Below, piece by piece: positions 1 to 14,399 of a stretch of 64,000 bases of DNA (the first letter of the stretch is position 1; each line of letters starts with the position of its first letter). The stretch lies in the NCBI GenBank assembly GCA_964016885.1, contig OZ024740.1:418066001-418130000 (forward strand), in the 5' to 3' direction. The translations under genes and the position numbers were made by a program. The notes below the pieces were generated by a model. The model ran no database searches, had not been told where the DNA came from, and worked only from the letters and a program-made list of their open reading frames with translations. This DNA is from Eledone cirrhosa (taxonomy: Eukaryota).

Positions 1-279
1 GACAGAGGATAATATAGGCCTGACAGACTGTCCACTTCAATGACATCTGCCATAGTGAAACTGACATCCTTTGGTATGTAGTCTACATGAGAGACAGAGG
101 ATAGCATAGGCCTGACAGACTGTCAACTTCAATGACATCTGCCATAGTGAAACTGACATCTTTTGGTATGTAGTCTACATGAAAGACAGAGGATAGTAAA
201 AGCCTGACAGACTGTCCACTTCAATGACATCTGCCATAGTGAAACTGACATCTTTTGGTATGTAGTCTACATGAGAGAC

Positions 280-1475
280 AGAGGATAGTATAGGCCTGAC
301 AGACTGTCCACTTCAATGACATCTGCCATAGTGAAACTGACATCTTTTGGTATGTAGTCTACATGAGAGACAGAGGATAGCATAGGCCTGACAGACTGTC
401 CACTTCAATGACATCTGCCATAGTGAAACTGACATGTTTTGGTATGTAGTCTACATGTGAGACAGAGGATAGTATAGGCCTGATAGATTTTCCACTTCAA
501 TGACATCTGCCATAGTGAAATTGACATCTTTTGGTATGTAGTCTACATGAAAGACAGAGGATAGTAAAGGCCTGACAGACTGTGAACTTTAATGACATCT
601 GCCATAGTGAAACTGACATCTTTTGGTATGTAGTCTACATGAAAGACAGAGGATAGTAAAAGCCTGACAGACTGTCCACTTCAATGACATCTGCCATAGT
701 GAAACTGACATCTTTTGGTATGTAGTCTACATGAGACACAGAGGATAGTATTGTCCTGGCAGAGTGTCCATTTCAATGACATCTGCCATAGTGAAACTGA
801 CATCTTTTGGTATGTAGTCTACATGAAAGACAGAGGATAGCATAGGCCTGACAGACTGTCCACTTCAATGACATCTGCCATAGTGAAACTGACATCTTTT
901 GGTATGTAGTCTACATGAGAGACAGAGGATAGTATAGGCCTGACAGACTGTCCACTTCAATGACATCTGCCATAGTGAAACTGACATCTTTTGGTATGTA
1001 GTCTACATGAGAGACAGAGGATAGCATAGGCCTGACAGACTGTCCACTTCAATGACATCTGCCATAGTGAAACTGACATCTTTTGGTATGTAGTCTACAT
1101 GTGAGACAGAGGATAGTATAGGCCTGATAGATTTTCCACTTCAATGACATCTGCCATAGTGAAATTGACATCTTTTGGTATGTAGTCTACATGAAAGACA
1201 GAAGATAGTAAAGGCCTGACAGACTGTGAACTTTAATGACATCCCGCCATAGTGAAACTGACATCTTTTGGTATGTAGTCTACATGAAAGACAGAGGATA
1301 GTAAAAGCCTGACAGACTGTCCACTTCAATGACATCTGCCATAGTGAAACTGACATCTTTTGGTATGTAGTCTACATGAGACACAGAGGATAGTAATGTC
1401 CTGGCAGACTGTCCATTTCAATGACATCTGCCATAGTGAAACTGACATCTTTTGGTATGTAGTCTACATGAGAGA
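280..1475. repeat. Diverged 7-monomer (644-bp offset) local duplication
   Basis: The rare variant CATGTGAGAC...TGATAGATTTTCC has its diagnostic T at 458 and 1102 (644=7x92). The same ordered variants follow in both copies: TGAACTTTAA, AAAAGCC, GAGACACAG, GTCCTGGCAG. Confidence 0.8.
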
Positions 1476-4400
1476 CAGAGGATAGTAAAGGCCTGACAGA
1501 CTGTCCATTTCAATGACATCTGCCAAAGTGAAACTGACATCTTTTGGTATGTAGTTTACATGAGAGACAGAGGATAGTAAAGGCCTGACAGATTGTCCAT
1601 TTCAATGACATCTGCCATAGTGAAACTGACATCTTTTGGTGTGTAGTTTACATGAGAGACAGAGGATAGTAAAGGGCTGACAGACTGTGAACTTCAATGA
1701 CATCTGCCATAGTGAAACTGACATATTTTGGTATGTAGTCTACATGAAAGACAGAGCATAGTAAAGGCCTGACAGACTGTTCACTTCAATGACATCTGCC
1801 ATAGTGAAACTGACATCTTTTGGTATGTAGTCTACATGAGAGACAGAGGATAGTAAAGGCCTGACAGACTGTCCACTTCAATGACATCTGCCATAGTGAA
1901 ACTGACATCTTTTGGTATGTAGTTTACATGAGAGACAGAGGATAGTAAAGGCCTGACAGATTGTCCACGTCAATGACATCTACCATAGTGAAACAGACAT
2001 CTTTTGGTGTGTAGTTTACATGAGAGACAGAGGATAGTAAAGGGCTGACAGACTGTGAACTTCAATGACATCTGTCATAGTGAAACTGACATATTTTGGT
2101 ATGTAGTCTACATGAAAGACAGAGCATAGTAAAGGCCTGACAGACTGTTCACTTCAATGACATCTGCCATAGTGAAACTGACATATTTTGGTATGTAGTC
2201 TACATGAAAGACAGAGGATAGTAAAGGCCTGACAGACTGTGAACTTCAATGACATCTGCCATAGTGAAACTGACATCTTTTGGTATGTAGTCTACATGAA
2301 AGACAGAGGATAGTAAAGGCCTGACAGACTGTCCACTTCAATGACATCTGCCAAAGTGAAACTGACATCTTTTGGTATGTAGTCTACATGAGAGACAGAT
2401 GATAGAAATGTCCTGGCAGACTGTCCATTTCAATGACATCTGCCATAGTGAAACTGACATCTTTTGGTATGTAGTCTACATGAGAGACAGAGGATAGTAA
2501 GGGCCTGACAGACTGTCCACTTCAATGACATCTGCCATAGTGAAGCTGACATCTTTTGGTATGTAGTTTACATGAGAGACAGAGGATAGTAAAGGCCTGA
2601 CAGATTGTCCACTTCAATGACATCTGCCATAGTGAAACTGACATCTTTTGGTGTGTAGTTTACATGAGAGACAGAGGATAGTAAAGGGCTGACAGACTGT
2701 GAACTTCAATGACATTTGTCATAGTGAAACTGACAGATTTTGGTATGTAGTCTACATGAAAGACAGAGCATAGTAAAGGCCTGACAGACTGTTCACTTCA
2801 ATGACATCTGCCATAGTGAAACTGACATCTTTTGGTATGTAGTCTACAAGAGAGACAGAGGATAGTAATGTCCTGGAAGACTCTCCATTTCAATGACATC
2901 TGCCATAGTGAAACTGACATCTTTTGGTATGTAGTCTACATGAGAGACAGAGGATAGTAAAGGCCTGACAGACTGTCCACTTCAATGACATCTGCCATAG
3001 TGAAACTGACATCTTTTGGTATGTAGTCTACATGAGAGACAGGATATTAAAGGCCTGACAGACTGTCCACTTCAATGACATCTGCCATAGTGAAACTGAC
3101 ATCTTTTGGTATGTAGTTTACATGAGAGACAGAGGATAGTAAAGGCCTGACAGATTGTCCACTTCAATGATATCTGCCATAGTGAAACTGACATCTTTTG
3201 GTATGTAGTCTACATGAGAGACAGAGTATAGTAAAGGCCTGACAGATTGTCCACTTCAATGACATCTGCCATAGTGAAACTGACATCTTTTGGTATGTAG
3301 TCTACATGAGAGACAGGATAGTAAAGGCCTGACAGACTGTGAACTTCAATGACATCTGCCATAGTGAAACTGACATCTTTTGGTATGTAGTTTACATGAG
3401 AGACAGAGGATAGTAAAGGCCTGACAGATTGTCCACTTCAATGACATCTGCCATAGTGAAACTGACATCTTTTGGTATGTAGTCTACATGAGAGACAGAG
3501 GATAGTAAAGGCCTGACAGATTGTCCACTTCAATGACATCTGCCATAGTGAAACTGACATCTTTTGGTATGTAGTCTACATCAAATACTGGATAGTATAG
3601 GCCCGACAGACTGTCCACTTCAATGACATCTGCCATAGTGAAACTGACATCTTTTGGTATGTAGTCTACATGAAAGACAGGATAGTAAAGGGCTGACAGA
3701 CTGTCCACTTCAATGACATCTGCCATAGTGAAACTGACATCTTTTGGTATGTAGTCTACATGAGTGACAGAGGATAGTATAGGCCTGCAGACTGTCCACT
3801 TCAATGACATCTGCCATAGTGAAATTGACATTTTTTGGTATGTAGGCTACATGAGAGACAGAGGATAGTAAAGGCCTGAGAGGCTGTCCACTTCAATGAC
3901 ATCTGCCATAGAGAAACTGACATCTTTTGGTATGTAGTCTACATGAGAGACAGAGGATAGTATAGGCCTGAGAGATTGTCCACTTCAATGACATCTGCTA
4001 TAGAGAAACTGACATCTTTTGGTATGTAGTCTACATGAGAGACAGAGGATAGTAAAGGCCTGACAGATTGTCCACTACAATGACAACTGCCATAGTGAAA
4101 CTGACATCTTTTGGAATGTAGTCTATATGAGACAGAGGATAGTATAGGCCTGACAGACTGTCCACTTCAATGACATCTGCTATAGAGAAACTGACATCTT
4201 TTGGTATGTAGTCTACATGAGAGACAGAGAATAGTAAAGGCCAGACTGACTGTCCACGTCATTGACATCTGCCATAGTGAAACTGACATCTTTTGGTATG
4301 TAGTCAACGTGAGAGACAGAGAATAGTAAAGGCCTGACAGACTGTCCACTTCAATAACATCTGCCATAGTGAAACTGACATCTTTTGGTATGTAGTCTAC

Positions 4401-7400
4401 ATGAGAGACAGAGGATAGTAAAGGCCAGACTGACTGTCCACGTCAATGACATCTGCCATAGTGAAACAGACATCTTTTGGTATGTAGTCTACATGAGAGA
4501 CAGAGGATAGTAAAAGCCTGACAGACTGTCCACTTCAATGTCATCTGCCATAGTGAAACTGACATCTTTTGGTATGTAGTCTACATGAAAGACAGAGGAT
4601 AGTAAAGGCCTGACAGACTGTCCACTTCAATGACATCTGTCATAGTGAAACTGACATCTTTTGATATGTAGTGTACATGAGAAACAGAGGATAGTAAAGG
4701 CCTGACAGATTTTCCACTTCAATGACATCTGCCATAGTGAAACTGACATCTTTTGGTATGTAGTCTACATGAGAGACAGGGGATAGTAATGGCCTGCCAG
4801 ATTGTCCATTTCAATGACATCTGCCATAGTGAAACTGACATTTTTTGGTATGTAGTCTACATGAGCGACAGAGGATAGTGTTGGCCTGACAGACAGTCCA
4901 CTTCAATGACATCTGCCATTGTAAAACTGACATCTTTTGGTATGTAGTTTACATGAGAGACAGAGGATAGTAAAGGCCTGACAGACCGTCCACTTCAATG
5001 ACATCTTCCATAGTGAAACTGACATTTTTTGGTATGTACTCTACATGAAAGACAGAGGATAGTAAAGGCCTGACAGACTGTCCATTTCAATGACATCTGC
5101 CATAGTGAAACTGACATCTTTTGGTATGTAGTCTACATGAAAGACAGAGGATAGCATAGGCCTGACAGACTGTCCACTTCAATCACATCTGCCATAGTGA
5201 AACTGACATCTTTTGGTATGTAGTCTACATGAGAGACAGAGGATAGTATTGGCCTGACAGACTGTCCACTTCAATGACATCTGCCATAGTGAAACTGACA
5301 TCCTTTGGTATGTTGTCTACATGAGAGACAGAGGATAGCATAGGCCTGACAGACTGTCAACTTCAATGACATCTGCCATAGTGAAACTGACATCTTTTGG
5401 TATGTAGTCTACATGAAAGACAGAGCATAGTAAAGGCCTGACAGACTGTTCACTTCAATGACATCTGCCATAGTGAAACTGACATCTTTTGGTATGTAGT
5501 CTACATGAGAGACAGAGGATAGTAATGTCCTGGCAGACTGTCCATTTCAATGACATCTGCCATAGTGAAACTGACATCTTTTGGTATGTAGTCTACATGA
5601 GAGACAGAGGATAGTAAAGGCCTGACAGACTGTCCACTTCAATGACATCTGCCATAGTGAAACTGACATCTTTTGGTATGTAGTTTACATGAGAGACAGA
5701 GGATAGCAAAGGGCTGACCGACTGTGAACTTCAATGACATTTGTCATAGTGAAACTGACATATTTTGGTATGTAGTCTACATGAAAGACAGAGCATAGTA
5801 AAGGCCTGACAGACTGTTCACTTCAATGACATCTGCCATAGTGAGACTGACATCTTTTGGTATGTAGTCTACAAGAGAGACAGAGGATAGTAATGTCCTG
5901 GCAGACTCTCCATTTCAATGACATCTGCCATAGTGAAACTGACATCTTTTGGTATGTAGTCTACATGAGAGACAGAGGATAGTAAAAGCCTGACAGACTG
6001 TCCACTTCAATGTCATCTGCCATAGTGAAACAGACATCTTTTGGTATGTAGTCTACATGAAAGACAGAGGATAGTAAAGGCCTGACAGACTGTCCACTTC
6101 AATGACATCTGTCATAGTGAAACTGACATCTTTTGATATGTAGTGTGCATGAGAAACAGAGGATAGTAAAGGCCTGACAGATTTTCCACTTCAATGACAT
6201 CTGCCATAGTGAAACTGACATCTTTTGGTATGTAGTCTACATGAAAGGGAGAGGATAGTAAAGGCCTGACAGATTGTCCATTTCAATGACATCTGCCATA
6301 GTGAAACTGACATCTTTTGGTATGTAGTCTACATGAGAGACAGAGGATAGTAATGTCCTGGCAGACTGTCCATTTCAATGACATCTGCCATAGTGAAACT
6401 GACATCCTTTGGTATGTAGTCTACATGAGAGACAGAGGATAGCATAGGCCTGACAGACTGTCCACTTCAATCACATCTGCCATAGTGAAACTGACATCTT
6501 TTGGTATGTAGTCTACATGAGAGACAGAGGATAGTATTGGCCTGACAGACTGTCCACTTCAATGACATCTGCCATAGTGAAACTGACATCCTTTGGTATG
6601 TAGTCTACATGAGAGACAGAGGATAGCATAGGCCTGACAGACTGTCAACTTCAATGACATCTGCCATAGTGATACTGACATCTTTTGGTATGTAGTCTAC
6701 ATAAAAGACAGAGGATAGCATAGGCCTGACAGACTGTCCACTTCAATGACATCTGCCATAGTGAAACTGACATCTTTTGGTATGTAGTCTACATGAGAGA
6801 CAGAGGATAGTATAGGCCTGACAGACTGTCCAATTCAATGACATCTGCCATAGAGAAACTGACATCTTTTGGTATGTAGTCTACATGAGAGACAGAGGAT
6901 AGCATAGGCCTGACAGACTGTGAACTTTAATGACATCTGCCATAGTGAAACTGACATCTTTTGGTATGTAGTCTACATGAGAGACAGAGGATAGTAAAAG
7001 CCTGACAGACTGTCCACTTCAATGACATCTGCCATAGTGAAACTGACATCTTTTGGTATGTAGTCTACATGAGACACAGAGGATAGTATTGTCCTGGCAG
7101 AGTGTCCATTTCAATGACATCTGCCATAGTGAAACTGACATCTTTTGGTATGTAGTCTACATGAAAGACAGAGGATAGCATAGGCCTGACAGACTGTCCA
7201 CTTCAATGACATCTGCCATAGTGAAACTGACATCTTTTGGTATGTAGTCTACATGAGAGACAGAGGATAGTATAGGCCTGACAGACTGTCCACTTCAATG
7301 ACATCTGCCATAGTGAAACTGACATCTTTTGGTATGTAGTCTACATGAGAGACAGAGGATAGCATAGGCCTGACAGACTGTCCACTTCAATGACATCTGC

Positions 7401-10400
7401 CATAGTGAAACTGACATCTTTTGGTATGTAGTCTACATGTGAGACAGAGGATAGTATAGGCCTGATAGATTTTCCACTTCAATGACATCTGCCATAGTGA
7501 AATTGACATCTTTTGGTATGTAGTCTACATGAAAGACAGAAGATAGTAAAGGCCTGACAGACTGTGAACTTTAATGACATCCCGCCATAGTGAAACTGAC
7601 ATCTTTTGGTATGTAGTCTACATGAAAGACAGAGGATAGTAAAAGCCTGACAGACTGTCCACTTCAATGACATCTGCCATAGTGAAACTGACATCTTTTG
7701 GTATGTAGTCTACATGAGACACAGAGGATAGTAATGTCCTGGCAGACTGTCCATTTCAATGACATCTGCCATAGTGAAACTGACATCTTTTGGTATGTAG
7801 TCTACATGAGAGACAGAGGATAGTAAAGGCCTGACAGACTGTCCATTTCAATGACATCTGCCAAAGTGAAACTGACATCTTTTGGTATGTAGTTTACATG
7901 AGAGACAGAGGATAGTAAAGGCCTGACAGATTGTCCATTTCAATGACATCTGCCATAGTGAAACTGACATCTTTTGGTGTGTAGTTTACATGAGAGACAG
8001 AGGATAGTAAAGGGCTGACAGACTGTGAACTTCAATGACATCTGCCATAGTGAAACTGACATATTTTGGTATGTAGTCTACATGAAAGACAGAGCATAGT
8101 AAAGGCCTGACAGACTGTTCACTTCAATGACATCTGCCATAGTGAAACTGACATCTTTTGGTATGTAGTCTACATGAGAGACAGAGGATAGTAAAGGCCT
8201 GACAGACTGTCCACTTCAATGACATCTGCCATAGTGAAACTGACATCTTTTGGTATGTAGTTTACATGAGAGACAGAGGATAGTAAAGGCCTGACAGATT
8301 GTCCACGTCAATGACATCTACCATAGTGAAACAGACATCTTTTGGTGTGTAGTTTACATGAGAGACAGAGGATAGTAAAGGGCTGACAGACTGTGAACTT
8401 CAATGACATCTGTCATAGTGAAACTGACATATTTTGGTATGTAGTCTACATGAAAGACAGAGCATAGTAAAGGCCTGACAGACTGTTCACTTCAATGACA
8501 TCTGCCATAGTGAAACTGACATATTTTGGTATGTAGTCTACATGAAAGACAGAGGATAGTAAAGGCCTGACAGACTGTGAACTTCAATGACATCTGCCAT
8601 AGTGAAACTGACATCTTTTGGTATGTAGTCTACATGAAAGACAGAGGATAGTAAAGGCCTGACAGACTGTCCACTTCAATGACATCTGCCAAAGTGAAAC
8701 TGACATCTTTTGGTATGTAGTCTACATGAGAGACAGATGATAGAAATGTCCTGGCAGACTGTCCATTTCAATGACATCTGCCATAGTGAAACTGACATCT
8801 TTTGGTATGTAGTCTACATGAGAGACAGAGGATAGTAAGGGCCTGACAGACTGTCCACTTCAATGACATCTGCCATAGTGAAGCTGACATCTTTTGGTAT
8901 GTAGTTTACATGAGAGACAGAGGATAGTAAAGGCCTGACAGATTGTCCACTTCAATGACATCTGCCATAGTGAAACTGACATCTTTTGGTGTGTAGTTTA
9001 CATGAGAGACAGAGGATAGTAAAGGGCTGACAGACTGTGAACTTCAATGACATTTGTCATAGTGAAACTGACAGATTTTGGTATGTAGTCTACATGAAAG
9101 ACAGAGCATAGTAAAGGCCTGACAGACTGTTCACTTCAATGACATCTGCCATAGTGAAACTGACATCTTTTGGTATGTAGTCTACAAGAGAGACAGAGGA
9201 TAGTAATGTCCTGGAAGACTCTCCATTTCAATGACATCTGCCATAGTGAAACTGACATCTTTTGGTATGTAGTCTACATGAGAGACAGAGGATAGTAAAG
9301 GCCTGACAGACTGTCCACTTCAATGACATCTGCCATAGTGAAACTGACATCTTTTGGTATGTAGTCTACATGAGAGACAGGATATTAAAGGCCTGACAGA
9401 CTGTCCACTTCAATGACATCTGCCATAGTGAAACTGACATCTTTTGGTATGTAGTTTACATGAGAGACAGAGGATAGTAAAGGCCTGACAGATTGTCCAC
9501 TTCAATGATATCTGCCATAGTGAAACTGACATCTTTTGGTATGTAGTCTACATGAGAGACAGAGTATAGTAAAGGCCTGACAGATTGTCCACTTCAATGA
9601 CATCTGCCATAGTGAAACTGACATCTTTTGGTATGTAGTCTACATGAGAGACAGGATAGTAAAGGCCTGACAGACTGTGAACTTCAATGACATCTGCCAT
9701 AGTGAAACTGACATCTTTTGGTATGTAGTTTACATGAGAGACAGAGGATAGTAAAGGCCTGACAGATTGTCCACTTCAATGACATCTGCCATAGTGAAAC
9801 TGACATCTTTTGGTATGTAGTCTACATGAGAGACAGAGGATAGTAAAGGCCTGACAGATTGTCCACTTCAATGACATCTGCCATAGTGAAACTGACATCT
9901 TTTGGTATGTAGTCTACATCAAATACTGGATAGTATAGGCCCGACAGACTGTCCACTTCAATGACATCTGCCATAGTGAAACTGACATCTTTTGGTATGT
10001 AGTCTACATGAAAGACAGGATAGTAAAGGGCTGACAGACTGTCCACTTCAATGACATCTGCCATAGTGAAACTGACATCTTTTGGTATGTAGTCTACATG
10101 AGTGACAGAGGATAGTATAGGCCTGCAGACTGTCCACTTCAATGACATCTGCCATAGTGAAATTGACATTTTTTGGTATGTAGGCTACATGAGAGACAGA
10201 GGATAGTAAAGGCCTGAGAGGCTGTCCACTTCAATGACATCTGCCATAGAGAAACTGACATCTTTTGGTATGTAGTCTACATGAGAGACAGAGGATAGTA
10301 TAGGCCTGAGAGATTGTCCACTTCAATGACATCTGCTATAGAGAAACTGACATCTTTTGGTATGTAGTCTACATGAGAGACAGAGGATAGTAAAGGCCTG

Positions 10401-13335
10401 ACAGATTGTCCACTACAATGACAACTGCCATAGTGAAACTGACATCTTTTGGAATGTAGTCTATATGAGACAGAGGATAGTATAGGCCTGACAGACTGTC
10501 CACTTCAATGACATCTGCTATAGAGAAACTGACATCTTTTGGTATGTAGTCTACATGAGAGACAGAGAATAGTAAAGGCCAGACTGACTGTCCACGTCAT
10601 TGACATCTGCCATAGTGAAACTGACATCTTTTGGTATGTAGTCAACGTGAGAGACAGAGAATAGTAAAGGCCTGACAGACTGTCCACTTCAATAACATCT
10701 GCCATAGTGAAACTGACATCTTTTGGTATGTAGTCTACATGAGAGACAGAGGATAGTAAAGGCCAGACTGACTGTCCACGTCAATGACATCTGCCATAGT
10801 GAAACAGACATCTTTTGGTATGTAGTCTACATGAGAGACAGAGGATAGTAAAAGCCTGACAGACTGTCCACTTCAATGTCATCTGCCATAGTGAAACTGA
10901 CATCTTTTGGTATGTAGTCTACATGAAAGACAGAGGATAGTAAAGGCCTGACAGACTGTCCACTTCAATGACATCTGTCATAGTGAAACTGACATCTTTT
11001 GATATGTAGTGTACATGAGAAACAGAGGATAGTAAAGGCCTGACAGATTTTCCACTTCAATGACATCTGCCATAGTGAAACTGACATCTTTTGGTATGTA
11101 GTCTACATGAGAGACAGGGGATAGTAATGGCCTGCCAGATTGTCCATTTCAATGACATCTGCCATAGTGAAACTGACATTTTTTGGTATGTAGTCTACAT
11201 GAGCGACAGAGGATAGTGTTGGCCTGACAGACAGTCCACTTCAATGACATCTGCCATTGTAAAACTGACATCTTTTGGTATGTAGTTTACATGAGAGACA
11301 GAGGATAGTAAAGGCCTGACAGACCGTCCACTTCAATGACATCTTCCATAGTGAAACTGACATTTTTTGGTATGTACTCTACATGAAAGACAGAGGATAG
11401 TAAAGGCCTGACAGACTGTCCATTTCAATGACATCTGCCATAGTGAAACTGACATCTTTTGGTATGTAGTCTACATGAAAGACAGAGGATAGCATAGGCC
11501 TGACAGACTGTCCACTTCAATCACATCTGCCATAGTGAAACTGACATCTTTTGGTATGTAGTCTACATGAGAGACAGAGGATAGTATTGGCCTGACAGAC
11601 TGTCCACTTCAATGACATCTGCCATAGTGAAACTGACATCCTTTGGTATGTTGTCTACATGAGAGACAGAGGATAGCATAGGCCTGACAGACTGTCAACT
11701 TCAATGACATCTGCCATAGTGAAACTGACATCTTTTGGTATGTAGTCTACATGAAAGACAGAGCATAGTAAAGGCCTGACAGACTGTTCACTTCAATGAC
11801 ATCTGCCATAGTGAAACTGACATCTTTTGGTATGTAGTCTACATGAGAGACAGAGGATAGTAATGTCCTGGCAGACTGTCCATTTCAATGACATCTGCCA
11901 TAGTGAAACTGACATCTTTTGGTATGTAGTCTACATGAGAGACAGAGGATAGTAAAGGCCTGACAGACTGTCCACTTCAATGACATCTGCCATAGTGAAA
12001 CTGACATCTTTTGGTATGTAGTTTACATGAGAGACAGAGGATAGCAAAGGGCTGACCGACTGTGAACTTCAATGACATTTGTCATAGTGAAACTGACATA
12101 TTTTGGTATGTAGTCTACATGAAAGACAGAGCATAGTAAAGGCCTGACAGACTGTTCACTTCAATGACATCTGCCATAGTGAGACTGACATCTTTTGGTA
12201 TGTAGTCTACAAGAGAGACAGAGGATAGTAATGTCCTGGCAGACTCTCCATTTCAATGACATCTGCCATAGTGAAACTGACATCTTTTGGTATGTAGTCT
12301 ACATGAGAGACAGAGGATAGTAAAAGCCTGACAGACTGTCCACTTCAATGTCATCTGCCATAGTGAAACAGACATCTTTTGGTATGTAGTCTACATGAAA
12401 GACAGAGGATAGTAAAGGCCTGACAGACTGTCCACTTCAATGACATCTGTCATAGTGAAACTGACATCTTTTGATATGTAGTGTGCATGAGAAACAGAGG
12501 ATAGTAAAGGCCTGACAGATTTTCCACTTCAATGACATCTGCCATAGTGAAACTGACATCTTTTGGTATGTAGTCTACATGAAAGGGAGAGGATAGTAAA
12601 GGCCTGACAGATTGTCCATTTCAATGACATCTGCCATAGTGAAACTGACATCTTTTGGTATGTAGTCTACATGAGAGACAGAGGATAGTAATGTCCTGGC
12701 AGACTGTCCATTTCAATGACATCTGCCATAGTGAAACTGACATCCTTTGGTATGTAGTCTACATGAGAGACAGAGGATAGCATAGGCCTGACAGACTGTC
12801 CACTTCAATCACATCTGCCATAGTGAAACTGACATCTTTTGGTATGTAGTCTACATGAGAGACAGAGGATAGTATTGGCCTGACAGACTGTCCACTTCAA
12901 TGACATCTGCCATAGTGAAACTGACATCCTTTGGTATGTAGTCTACATGAGAGACAGAGGATAGCATAGGCCTGACAGACTGTCAACTTCAATGACATCT
13001 GCCATAGTGATACTGACATCTTTTGGTATGTAGTCTACATAAAAGACAGAGGATAGCATAGGCCTGACAGACTGTCCACTTCAATGACATCTGCCATAGT
13101 GAAACTGACATCTTTTGGTATGTAGTCTACATGAGAGACAGAGGATAGTATAGGCCTGACAGACTGTCCAATTCAATGACATCTGCCATAGAGAAACTGA
13201 CATCTTTTGGTATGTAGTCTACATGAGAGACAGAGGATAGCATAGGCCTGACAGACTGTGAACTTTAATGACATCTGCCATAGTGAAACTGACATCTTTT
13301 GGTATGTAGTCTACATGAGAGACAGAGGATAGTAA
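644..13335. repeat. Tandem duplication of a 69-monomer, 6,338-bp higher-order unit (2 copies)
   Basis: Identical ORFs at 1141/7479, 3484/9822 and 4167/10505, and the marker CAAATACTGG at 3582/9920, are all offset by 6338. This equals 69x92 minus 11 deleted bases plus one inserted base (ACATCCCGCC near 1243). The match ends after GATAGTAA at about 13335. Confidence 0.95.
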
Positions 13336-14399
13336 TGTCCTGGCAGACTATCCATTTCAATGACATCTGCCATAGTGAAACTGACATCTTTTGGTACGTA
13401 GTCTACATGAAAGACAGAGGATAGCATAGGCCTGATAGATGTTCCACTTCAATGACATCTGCCATAGTGAAATTGACATCTTTTGGTATATAGTCTACAT
13501 GAAAGACAGAGGATAGCATAGGCCTGATAGAGGTTCCACTTCAATGACATCTGCCATAGTGAAATTGACATCTTTTGGTATATAGTCTACATGAAAGACA
13601 GAGGATAGTTAAGGCCTGACAGACTGTCCATTTCAATGACATCTGCCATAGTGAAACTGACATCTTTTGGTATGTAGTTTACATGAGAGACAGAGGATAG
13701 TAAAGGCCTGACAGATTGACCACTTCAATGACATCTGCCATAGTGAAACTGACATCTTTTGGTGGGTAGTTTACATGAGAGACAGAGGATAGTAAAGGGC
13801 TGACAGACTGTGAACTTCAATGACATCTGCCATAGTGAAACTGACATATTTTGGTATGTAGTCTACATGAAAGACAGAGCATAGTAAAGGCCTGACAGAC
13901 TGTTCACTTCAATGACATCTGCCATAGTGAAACTGACATCTTTTGGTATGTAGTCTACATGAGAGACAGAGGATAGTAATGTCCTGGCAGACTGTCCACT
14001 TCAATGACATCTGCCATAGTGAAACTGACATCTTTTGGTATGTAGTTTACATGAGAGACAGAGGATAGTAAAGGCCTGACAGATTGTCCACTTCAATGAT
14101 ATCTGCCATAGTGAAACTGACATCTTTTGGAATGTAGTCTACATGAGAGACGGAGGATAGTAAAGGCCTGACAGATTGTCCACTTCAATGACATCTGCCA
14201 TAGTGAAACTGACATCTTTTGGTATGTAGTCTACATGAGAGACAGAGGATAGTAAAGGCCTGACAGATTGTCCACTTCAATGATATCTGCCATAGTGAAA
14301 CTGACATATTTTGGTATGTAGTCTACATGAAAGACAGAGCATAGTAAAGGCCTGACAGACTGTTCACTTCAATGACATCTGCCATAGTGAAACTGACAT

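Noticed and set aside
1-92. Monomer as a tandem tRNA, 5S rRNA, snRNA or spliced-leader gene
   Set aside because: I see no cloverleaf, no GTTCRANNC B-box, and no similarity that I recognise. The only T run is TTTT. An Infernal/Rfam scan would be decisive.
1-92. Assignment to a named satellite or species (e.g. ~90-bp fish or invertebrate satellites)
   Set aside because: Only the length is suggestive; I cannot verify sequence identity without a database search.
27-118. Repeating mini exon/intron structure on the + strand (G|GTATGT donor at 74, CTGAC branch-like motif, CAG acceptor at 118)
   Set aside because: The implied intron is 45 nt with no polypyrimidine tract and the branch motif abutting the AG. 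The implied 47-nt exon is not frame-preserving. Such short motifs are expected by chance; spliced RNA-seq reads would be needed to reconsider.
1141-1356. Cys/His-rich peptide CLSCRLHTKRCQFHYGRCH resembling a zinc finger
   Set aside because: The spacing does not fit C2H2 (CX2-4CX12HX3-5H), there is no TGEKP linker, the period is 92 bp rather than 84 bp, and a stop follows in consensus monomers.
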